Positions 21,950 through 32,340 of a stretch of DNA of 64,000 bases are shown one piece after another. The position numbers were made by a program, and so were the translations under genes. The stretch's first letter is position 1; every line of letters starts with the position of its first letter. The notes below the pieces were generated by a model. The model made no database searches, had not been told where the DNA came from, and saw only the letters and a program-made list of their open reading frames with translations. Source of the DNA: Camelus dromedarius (Eukaryota); the NCBI RefSeq assembly GCF_036321535.1, contig NC_087438.1, positions 4,342,001 through 4,406,000 of the forward strand, read 5' to 3'.

Positions 21950-24550
21950 AGTTTGGAGTCAGCCCTCAGGCATTTCGGTGTGGGGGCGGTCCCCCTCTCC
22001 TGCGGCGACCACCACCGCCCCGCTCCCCGCTGCGCAGCTGGGCCGGACGCACCAAAACACGCGCGGCAGCGCGCTCCCCGCAAACACGGACCCTGCGGGG
22101 CTTCCCAGGCTATTCCAGCTGCCGGGGCCCTAAACATGATTTTTGCTTGAAATTTCATCAGATAAAAATAAGTTTCAATGGGGCTAAAGGCAGAGAAGGA
22201 GGGGAGGGTTGAAAGAGTCCAGGTTGAAGGGGGATCTGCTACCCTTCCGCGGCCGGTCCCGAGGTCGCCTTCGGGTAGCGGGGACTCCGGGCAGCAGAGG
22301 GCCGGCCTTTTGGAAACGACTGAAAAGCCAGTGCTGGGTGGTGGCTTCCTCCCCTTTTTGGAACGCAGGGACCCTCTGGCGTAGCGGGCAGAAAAGGAGC
22401 AGGGCCGGGACGCAGGGGGTGAATTCACGGAACGGTCATCCTTTAAAATCGTGACTCGAGGGGCTACTCTTTAGTGGGTTGCGGCGGGCACGCTTCCCGC
22501 ACCCTCCTCCTGATTCTTTGATCGATCTTTAGGAAAGCGCTGGTCCCCCAAACCCCCGTCCAGGGTGGCTGTGTGGGACACCAGGCTCCATATGGTCCGA
22601 GGGAATCAGTGAACAGGTTGCTTTCTACCCTTTTCCGACACTCCTTCCCCTCCGGATTGTTCTAACCGGGTTAAGTGAGGCGGAGGCTCGGGGGCTGAGC
22701 CTGGATCTCGGGAAGAAGGACCTGGAGCCTCCGAGACTCTCATCAGCGCGCGCGCGCGCCCCTGCTCCCCTACTCCCCACCCTCGCCCCGCTTCTGCGAG
22801 CTGGTCGGCTCGGTGTGCCGCTACCCAGCAGCCCGGCGCCCATCCGGCCGAGCGCGCGCCGATGTCTCCCCCCAGCGGCCGAGCGCGAGTCGCCGCGGGA
22901 GCCGGCGGCGGGCGGGCGGCGGGGGCGGTACGGAGCAGCCAGGCCCGCGGCTCCGCCCCGCGCCCCCCACCCCCACCCCGCCGGCCGGCAGGGCCGCCCC
23001 CTCCGCGCAGCGCTCGGCTCAGACTGAGCAGCCGCCTCTGCAATGTCAGCAGCCGCAGCGGCGGCGGCGACGCGAACGGCAGCGGCCGGGGCCCCGCGGT
23101 AGCCGCCAGCGCGGCACGGCCCGGCGGGCGCGCACGGCGCGAGCCCGCGGCCACCTCGCTGCCTCCCGGGAGCTGCGGGCTGCTCTGCGCGCCCGGGCGC
23201 GGCGCTCGGACTCGAAGCCAGCCTGGCTGCAGCCGCGCACAAAGGACCGCGGACACCGGGCTCCGGGGACTGTGCCCACGGACCGGCCGGGGAACGGTCA
23301 GCCGCTCTGCGTCCCCTCCACGCCTCCCCTTCCCGGGTGGCCGGAGCCTGAGCCGAGCGGGCCCCGTCATATGACAGCGGCGACACCGCGGCCAGAGAGC
23401 GCGCGTGTTGCCCGCTCGGCTGCGCCAGGGCCACCGGCGCCGGGGGTGGCTCGCGCCTCGCCACGCTGAGTGGTTGCCGGTCTCCGTCGCCCCGCGCCAC
23501 CCGAGTCCCGGCTCTCGGGCTCCGGGGGCAGGAGCCCAAGGGAGCCCCGCGCCGGCGCCGAGCCTAAAATGGCCACGCTGCTCCGCAAAATCGGGCTCAT
23601 CCGCCTGCACAACCGGGACACCGAGGACCCCAAGCACCACCACAACCACCGCGGCGGCGGCAGCGGCCAGCAGAGCGCGTCGCTGCGCGGCAAGGGCGGC
23701 GCCAAGAGCGGCGGCCACAAGCCCCAGCAGCAGCAGCACCCCGCGGCGAGCGCGGGCGACGCCAGCCCCGGGCCCGGCAAGGGCAAGGGCAAGCGCGCGG
23801 TGGAGCTGGCCCCGCGCGACAAGCCGCCGCAGCCGGCGGCGGGGGCGGCGGGGGCGGCTGGCGCCGGGGGCCCCCGGGAGCGGGCGCCGGGCGCCAGGGC
23901 GGGGCCGGGCCTGGCGGTAGCGGCGGCGGCAGCGGGCTGCAGCCTGGTGCCCGCGGCGCGCCAGCAGCACTGCACGCAGGTGCGCAGCCGGCGGCTCATG
24001 AAGGAGCTGCAGGACATCGCGCGCCTCAGCGACCGCTTCATCTCCGTGGAGCTGGTGGACGAGAGCCTCTTCGACTGGAACGTGAAGCTGCACCAGGTGG
24101 ACAAGGACTCGGTGCTGTGGCAGGACATGAAGGAGACCAACACCGAGTTCATCCTGCTCAACCTCACCTTCCCCGACAACTTCCCCTTCTCGCCGCCCTT
24201 CATGCGGGTGCTCAGCCCGCGCCTGGAGAACGGCTACGTGCTGGACGGCGGCGCCATCTGCATGGAGCTGCTCACGCCGCGCGGCTGGTCCAGCGCCTAC
24301 ACCGTGGAGGCGGTCATGCGCCAGTTCGCCGCCAGCCTGGTCAAGGGCCAGGTAAGCCGGGAGGGGCTGGGGGCGCGCGGGGGTGGGCGCCGCGCGCGAC
24401 GTGCGGGCGGGTGGGCGGCGCAGGGCCGGCCCCTCGGCCCCCCAGCTCCCGGCCTGGCTGCGGGTGCGTGCCGGGCTTTTTCTGAACTCGCCTCCGAAGG
24501 GTAGACGTGCCCGGGCGCCTCGGCTTCTTTTCCCTGAGCGTTTTCGTCCT
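21950..24550. promoter_or_regulatory. UBE2QL1: CpG island / promoter of UBE2QL1
   Basis: Very high GC and CpG density; GC boxes (ccgccc) at about 22950-23000; Inr-like 'ctcagact' at about 23019; overlaps coding exon 1. Confidence 0.9.
23569..24351 (+). CDS. UBE2QL1: Ubiquitin-conjugating enzyme E2Q-like 1, coding exon 1 (261 codons from the upstream ATG; the commonly cited start MKELQ is at 23998)
   Basis: Encodes MKELQDIARLSDRFISVELVDESLFDWNVKL...FPDNFPFSPPFMRVLSPRLENGYVLDGGAICMELLTPRGWSSAYTVEAVMRQFAASLVKGQ, which I recognise as UBE2QL1. Catalytic Cys codon at 24259-24261 (C88 of the short form). Canonical phase-0 donor CAG|GTAAG at 24351/24352. Confidence 0.96.
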
Positions 24551-24905
24551 TCCTTACTTTTCCGTCTCATCTCTCTGGGTCCCTCACCCCTCTCTCTGCG
24601 GGTCTCCAGCTTACTCCCTCTCCTCGTCTCTCGCTCTCTCCCTCCCCGACACCCCGTCTCCTTTTCTCTATTCCTTCTCCCCTGTCGTTCCTCCGCTCTA
24701 CCCTCTACCTTCTGCCCTCATCTCCTAACTCACTTCCCCCATCTGCTCCTCCCTTTCCCCCTTCCCCCTCCACCATCTCCCCTCCTCCCCTACCTCTCTC
24801 CCTGTCCTCCTTCTCCGCCCCCCAGCCAGTCTCCCCCACTCTCCTCTCCCCGCCTCTCCATTTCCCCCTTCTCCCCCTTGTCGGCTTCTCCGCATCTCCT
24901 GTCCT
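24540..24905. repeat. CT-rich low-complexity tract
   Basis: About 365 nt that are overwhelmingly C/T on the + strand. Confidence 0.9.
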
Positions 24906-27900
24906 CATAATCTCCGTGAGGGTGGAACTTTCTGTGTACCTCAGGATCTCAATGTCCAGCCTAGTTTATCACCCCCTTCCCCACCACACACGTTTCCTCC
25001 CCAGCTTCTCAGGGGTGCTCTGCAGGTGTGGGGCTCAGCAGAGGACCAGCCACCTGCTGGCGAGTCTGCTCCCCGGTCTGCTGGGTCCTGAATAGCATCA
25101 ACTGCGAAGGTGAAAATACTGCTCTTGAGAAATTTCACCGGCAAGGCCGAGGTGTGGGTTGAGTGGTTCTTTAAGTGACAAGGCCAGACTCCATCAAGGA
25201 AATGCCTGGTACCTGCCTCTCTCCAGGACCATCACCTCCTGGTAGTTGTTCAAGGTCTTGGTCTCTCTCAGACCCGTTTCTTCTTTTGGTTTCCTCATGC
25301 CCCCAGGGGTTAATGCTGTTATCAGGGCTAAAGATTTTTAACTAAACGCTGAAACCAGGAGCAAGCCTGATGCCTGAGTCTTCTGTCCATGGCACCAGAT
25401 GGCAGCTTTGCTGCAAAGAAACCCCAGAGAACTTGAGGGCAGAGCATAAATGATCTTCTGAGCTATGTTCCCCTCTGGCTGCAGGCAGATGCCTGGTGCT
25501 TTTACCTTCCCACATTATACCCTCATGCTCATGTTCAAATTGTTTGATGTTTGACCAAATCGCTATTACACATTATTTAATAAAATCATGTTTTTATATG
25601 GGTGTCTTTTAGATTTATGAAGAAATCTCTGTTTTGTTTAGAAGACCCTGAATGACCTCGATTTGATCTTCCTACAGCCAGCATTTCAGAAGTCATCAGT
25701 CCCCCGCCACCTGCCTCTGTTCTTTCACTGCAGGGTCTTTCGCACTAACCAAATGATTTGTGTTCTGACAATGTCACTAGAGGTGGAGCCCCTGGGATTC
25801 CAAGCAAATAGCACTGGAACTCCAGTGGAGAAAGGCACTTAATTCTTGACTGGGGTCTGTTGTTCCCAAGTAACTATCCTGCTAGTCCATCTTTTCTGGG
25901 GTTTAGCTTCTGCTTTTTTCTTGAGTTTGAAATAGGATGGATGTGGCAGCTCTAGGGTGGCATCTGTAACTGAGCGAGGCTTAATGCTTTAACATCAGAA
26001 GTTCATTCTGAATCCTGTGGGTCAGTGCTGGCTCTGATCTAAGGTGACTGTGATTCCACACAAGCTACCAGGGTGGAACGGGGGTCTCAGTGTGTTATTA
26101 ACAGGATTTATACAAATGATGTGGAAGAATATTTTGCACAGATGTCTTTGTTACTTGTTTCTGAAATCATTGCTAATTAGAACTCTCTGGAACAGTCTCT
26201 TCTTTCATTCTTCACAGTGATAACTTTGGAAGTCAGGGGAAGAGGAGTGTAATTTTGCCTCATAATCACAGAATCACAGCATTTAGACTTGGAAGAGATC
26301 CTAAAGGTCACCTGGACCACAGCCTGCATTTTGAAAGATGCAGGAAAATAAAGATTTCAAATGAGAAACAGGGTTTTATTTTAAGAAGCGATATGTCTCA
26401 GTAAGTTAAATAGTTTCCACGTTTACATTAATACTGTGAATGATAGTTCTGTTGGTGCCCATGCATGTCTATTAAAATGGGCAGATCCTTGTGTATACAT
26501 GTATCTTTTTTTGTCATCAAAACTGAGAGTCTTGTGTACAGTTTCCAAGTCAGAGACTTCAATTGTTGAAAGTAATTATCAACAATTCTGTTTATTGATT
26601 TCAAAATCTCTGTTGACCTAGCATATTGTGTTATATTACCTATTCTAAATTCTAGTGTGTAAGGTATCCGAGAGGAAGGCGAGAACTCAGAGACTTACAA
26701 AATACCAACTCAGTTTCTTTGCATTTTCCATGCTGACTTCAAGATCCAAGAGACAGTTGCCTAGGATACACGTAAACAGCTCGAAATGCAAAGTAAGAGC
26801 AGGAGAAATGAGCAGTCACCGGTGTTGCAGGATTCTGTGCAGGAAAGGATTCTAACAGTGTTTGGGGGCCCTCAGCATTCTGGTGACTTTCCTGCTCTTA
26901 TGAATTACCTACTGACAGACAGTTCACTGCATGTACCGTAGTTACCAAATTATTTCCACAGTTAAAAGCGATAGACTTCAGGAAAGCAATCAAAATACCT
27001 GATTAAGTATTTGGAGAGACCCGAGGCTGCTCCCAAACCGATCATTATTATAAAGGAAAGAACCTTCCCATGCTGGTTACGTTCCCCCATCTGATGGCAC
27101 TTCTTTTTTAGGATTCGTTTTTCTCAAGCCACAGAGTTAGAGAAGCCTTGTTTTCATTTTTCATAACTGCTCAGCCTAACTTTCTGCACTGAGGCAAGCT
27201 GATTTTGTCTCTCTACCTTGAGAGAAACCATAAGATGCTTTTAAAGGCCTCACTGATAATGCTGAGACAAGACACATTTAACAAGTAGATGTTCTGTGTA
27301 CAGTACGAAAGGTTTGGGTTTTCACAGAGTATGACAAATTCAGTCATTTCACGAGACCTTTACCTGACTGGCCCACATCATCAGAATCTCTTGTGCACTG
27401 CCTTACGCATTGAGGCTGTTTTAGGCTGACTTAGCATAAATTTCTTGTATAAGACATTGTGTGTAGTGACAGCAACATACATACCTTGCCTATTTGTTTA
27501 TTACCAAATCCTCTTTTGACTAAAAAGAGACATTTTCGGTAATTTTTGTTTCCTGCAGTTGAGTGAAAAATACCTACCTCAGAGGGTCCTGCCAAGGCGT
27601 CTGTACCCAGTTCACGCCTGGGGTCCCTGATGGCTGGATAGGGACCCTTTACGGACTGTTGTGTGAGCAGAAGGCTCCCCAAAAGTAGCTTGAGGGTGCA
27701 CTAACTCAGGGTTCTGTTTTTGCATCAGTTCGCCTCCTGAGTGTCCCCTTTGTAATTAGTTGGACATGGCCAGGGGCAAGGAACCAGATGTCACTGGAAA
27801 GACAGTGCCTCACTCCTCCTCGGTCCCCTCAGTGCCAGCCAGGCGACCCAACCTGGCACGAGGACAACGTTGCAGTCATGGCAGCAGCTAACACTTCCTG

Positions 27901-28667
27901 ATTGCTCCGCGCCAGGCTCTGGGCTAAGAGCACTTAGGGCACCTAACCCCACCCGGTTCTGTTTGGCGGTCAGTGCACAGGGGAGGAGACTGCAGCCCCG
28001 CGCACACAGGTGAGAACGCAACTTCACGTTCTGAGACCAGCGATGAGCACGAGGCTCTGACGACCAGTCCGCATTAGTGAAAGTCATCAGCGACGCCAAA
28101 GTCAAACCCAGGCCATCTGAGCCCCCGGCCGTCACGGTGGTCTATTCACTGTGACCTGTGTGCTAGTCGTCTGGGTCCACAGAGAACAGGTACATGGTCA
28201 GCAGCCAGCAGAAGAGTGTGAATGATAGAACTAAAACACCTGCTGTTCTTAGTGTTTGAATTAAAGCCTGGTAAGCCATTTGGGAACAGTTGTGTTTCCT
28301 GACAGTGCTGGTTTCTGGAGTTTTTGAATCTAGGAAACTGACAGGTGTCTGCACTTGTCAGCGTGTGTTGAAAAAGTCAGAGGCTCTATAGATCAGCTTT
28401 GTCTGATGAGAATGAGCATCTCTGAGGTTGACTCCAGGGCTTTTAAAGGGCTTTGCACCAGGCGTGTCACTGAGAATCTTGCAAACACACACACAGAGCC
28501 ACCTTCCGAACCTCTACCAAAGTGCTAGACTTGGAAATAGCTTTTACTTACAACTACATAACCTCCAGGTCTTCTCAGAAAAAATAATGAAGACAAACAA
28601 CCCTGAGGGTTCCTCAAGTTTATTGGCGTCTAAACTCTTGTAATTCACACAGCGTCTTTGAAAGCCC

Positions 28668-29055
28668 TGTGTGTTTGCTCAGACTGCTGTTACAAAGTGC
28701 CCCCGACTGGTACTTTTACTTCTCACAGTTCTGGAGGCCAGAAGTCTGACATCAGGGTGCCAGCAGGGTTGTGTCCTGAGGGTGGGAGGGAGGATGTGCT
28801 CCAGGCCTCCCTCCTTGGCGTGCAGATGGCTGCCTGCTCCCTGTGTCCTCACATGGTCGTCCCTCAGTGCCTGTCTGCATCCTGATCTCCCCTTCTTGTG
28901 AGAACACCAGGCGTGGGGGTCAGGGCCACCCTAATGGCCTCAGTTTAACGTGGTTCCCTTTGTAAAGACCCTGTCTCTAGATAGTCACCTTCTGAGGTGC
29001 TGGCAGTAGGACTCCAGTATAGGAATTTTGTGGGATCACAGTGCAGCCCATAACA
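28668..29055 (-). mobile_element. MLT1B/C-like solo LTR
   Basis: 'ttctcacagttctggaggccagaagtctg...gtaaagaccctgtctc...cagtgcagcccataaca' including the terminal ACA. Confidence 0.85.
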
Positions 29056-30044
29056 AGCCCAAACAGGAATTTCTTGGTCAGTTCAACCTCTCATTTCTCT
29101 AGAGGCTGTTGCTGGTCTGCTGAGTAACGTAAGTGATGCCGGTCTGGGTGAACACAGCACCATGCTAAGGGGGACACGAAAGGAGACGGTGGCCCGTTTA
29201 GAGGGCGGCTGGGAGATCCTAGCGGGGAAACTGACAGCAGGGGGCGGGAGCGCCATGTGATTCACCAAGTAGAGTAGATTTCGGGGGGGTTGTCGTGAGT
29301 CACCGTGTTGTTTTGTCCTGTGCCCGTGTGTAGGTGACGGAGGTGATTGCCCACCCACGATGACGCTGCAGCTTGAGGTCTCATTGTTCGGAAAAAAAAA
29401 GATAGCTCGCTCAGATATCAAGTAGGACGGGCAGAAGGACGCAGACAGGACTCTGCAGTCTAAAAATAGCCCCACGCCAACTTGGCGCGCGCCCTCGCTC
29501 TCGCTCCCTGGGAGCAGGCTCGTCCTGCGGCTGATGGTACAGTTAATAATAGGAGTGACTGACTTTACCCTGAGCTGTTGACTTCCGAGAATCTAAGCTG
29601 CTGCGAAGAGGATGTAAATGCGCTTGTTTACTTTGCCGATTTGTACTAAGGGATGTGAGAGGCTTGTTTTCTTGGTAAGGGTCCGCGCGGTTTCAGGGTG
29701 TTGGTTTGTTTGTCAGTGGGATGGGCCGACGTGGACAAAAAGCTGAAGTTTGTTTCAAAGCCTGACACCTACAACCCAGAGGTGCGCCTGCCTCCTCCCC
29801 AGGAGCAGGCACGTGTGAGTCCAGGTTTAAAAGGCACCCTCGGTGGCACCTCTTTGCGGACAGCTAAGGAACCAGCCAAAATGGCTTTCATGTTTGTTTG
29901 TTTGTTTTAAAGGAGCCACTAATAGTGGGTTCTTTGAGCCATGTTTCAAATCTCCTGAATCCTAGATTTTTTGTTGTGTTGATTACGTAGTGGGGAGATG
30001 GGAAGGAGGAAGGGGAAGGGGTACCTCCTTTCCATCCAGGCCTG

Positions 30045-30215
30045 TGGTTCTCAGCCTCCAGTTCATGAGATGCTCTAGGGACCCTTTAAACTATTCCAGT
30101 GCTGTGCCCTACCCTTGGAGATTCAGACGTCTCGAGCCCAAGATCAGGCCCTGGTAGGGGATTGTTGGAAAATCTCCTGTGTGATTCTAACTGACAACCA
30201 GGTTGAAAGGGCTGC
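30045..30215. mobile_element. MER5-like hAT DNA transposon
   Basis: 'gtggttctcagcc...ggagattcagac...gtgattctaactgacaaccaggttga' follows the MER5 pattern. Confidence 0.55.
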
Positions 30216-32169
30216 CTTGGACCAGACTTGCTCATCCGTTCCATGTCAGCCATCCATGGTGCAGCCTCCCACCAGCAACCACAGCGGGGGGTTTCCGGTG
30301 GTGGTGGGTGTAATGAACCCCTTACCCTCCTCCTTCCCACCTTGATGGGACTCACTGTCCTGTGTCAGCCCTGACTGGCCCCCCGAAAGCCCTACTTTTG
30401 TAAAGGAGGCCATCATACAAGCACGTTCTTCCTCCCTGGACCGAGAGGGAGCTTAAACCCTGAAAATGGAGGTGTGTTCATGAGGGTTCACCCCAACCCC
30501 AACTCCAGATTAGACACACCTATGAGGGCTCAGGGCGACCCGGCATGGTGGATAATTAGCTAGTTCCCACGGCACAGGTGCCGGGTGTCTGCTCAGTACC
30601 AGGCCCTCACGGGGTGCGCAGTGGGGAGTGAGATTCACGGAAGTGCTTGCCACGGAGAACTGGCTCTCTAGGGGGGAAATTCGAAACCCACTCATGTTTA
30701 TCTTTGATGTGCCAGGCAGCTTTGCAGTGATCACTTGCTGAACATTTGGGTAAATGCCCAGACACTGGTATATGAGGACCAGACTCGTGGCAGCGGCCTG
30801 CGGGTGTTCTGGGGACCTGGGAGAGGTGGGATCCTGGGGTCAGCAGGGTCTTCAGAACTTCTGTGTGCCATTCCCAGAGGGAGCAATCATCGCAGGTACA
30901 TGGCTGTAACGTTGAGGGTCCACCTAGTTTTCTGGACCTTGTTTCAGTGCTAATAGATGGCGAAATCAGGCGTTTCCCCAAACAGATAAAGAAGTCGTAG
31001 TCAGGCAGACATATTTCCAGTAATGTCTACTCTTTCCTACCCAAGGAGTCAGCAAACTAAGACAAGGTTTCGTTGTTTGTTAATTCCTCAGTGTCACCCA
31101 CTTCCTTCCTTCCTTCCTTCCTTCCTTCCTTCCTCACCTGTTGGCTGAGGGTCTACCATGATGTGGGCGCTGAAGACAGGCAGCCTTTGGCATTCCTGTG
31201 GCGACCCTTCCCTATCTGTGTGCCACCCCTGGTCCTCCTGGTCCTCTCTGGTGAGAGCAGGAGGAAGCCTGCCGAGCAGGAGGACCAAGGACTTCCTCAG
31301 GGGAGAAAGCAAAATTGGAACCAACCAGGAAGCAAAAGATGGGCAAAGAGGGTGGGGCAGGACTGGGGAGACAGGAGCCAGGGACCTGAACTGCCTCTTA
31401 CCCACCCAGCAGGTCTAGGCGTGGTCAGGGAGCAGGACCAACAACCGTTACTCCTCCCTCGTGTCTCCAAGCCTGGTTTTTTCTCTCCACCCAGAGCTCT
31501 GCCTCCTTAGATGCTTGTCACACTGTGCTTGGACTCCTGCAGTGCCCCATCCTGCCTCTCTGTCCCTTCCATCCTCCCTGCTGCCACCTTCCTGGTTCCT
31601 CTAAAATGCACACTCGGCTTTCTCACACCCTTGGTTATGACCGTTACAGAATACAGCCAAGCCCCCAAGTGCTGCCCACCCACAGTGTCACTCTTCCACC
31701 CCCCAGGGCCCCCGGGGAGGTCCCTCTCCCACCAGCCCCTCCCGCCCATGGCACACCAGCTCATGTACTTAGCTCACAGGTCCGCCCCCATCTGGAAAGC
31801 TCCCCCCACGATTTATCATTTGAGCCCTCGCCATCCTCCAAAACCCTGCCAAGATGTCCTAACTCCTGCAGAAGCTCTCTCAGTCACTCCTCCAGTAACA
31901 TCAGTGGCTTCCTCCTCTAAACGCCTCGGGGTTTTCTGGAAGATGTTCATTTCTAGGCTAATCCTGCTAGACTGCATTGACATATTTACAGCCCTATTTC
32001 CCCTTCCCCTTGCCCAATACCCAACACATCGTATGTGCCAAGTAAATGTGTCCGTTCCATAATTTGCTCAACTGAATGAATACCCTCCTCCCCTTCTCTT
32101 GCCCCCATTCAAAGTATGATAAGATTGTAAAAATGTATCAGATGCTTACAGAGGGCCCGCTGCTGTGCA

Positions 32170-32340
32170 GACTGCTTTAGTGGGTCATTTGATTGAATCC
32201 TTGCAATAGCTGATGAAGTGGGTGCTGTTATATCCCCATTTTACAGAGGAGGAAACTGAGGCTCACTGAGGTTAAATCTGTGCCTGTGGCGGATGGCTCT
32301 TAAAGAGTAGCACTGAGCTGTCACCAGGCAGTCTGTGTCA
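32170..32340 (-). mobile_element. MIR SINE
   Basis: 'atccccattttacagaggaggaaactgaggctcactgaggttaa' is the MIR core. Confidence 0.85.

Noticed and set aside
23470..23568. GTG start used by the ORF track
   Set aside because: Merely the first near-cognate codon after a stop; the strong ATG at 23569 is the better start.
24352..24504. C-terminal part of the 344-aa ORF (VSREGLGARGG...)
   Set aside because: Read-through past the canonical CAG|GTAAG donor; similarity to UBE2QL1 ends at KGQ.
22606..24570. 654-aa minus-strand ORF (and other long ORFs in the CpG island)
   Set aside because: Antisense shadow of a GC-rich CDS and CpG island where stop codons are rare; Arg/Ala/Gly/Pro-rich with no recognisable domain.
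25380..25400. Possible REST/RE1 site (ctgtccatgg)
   Set aside because: Only the GGACAG half matches; the TCAGCACC half is absent.
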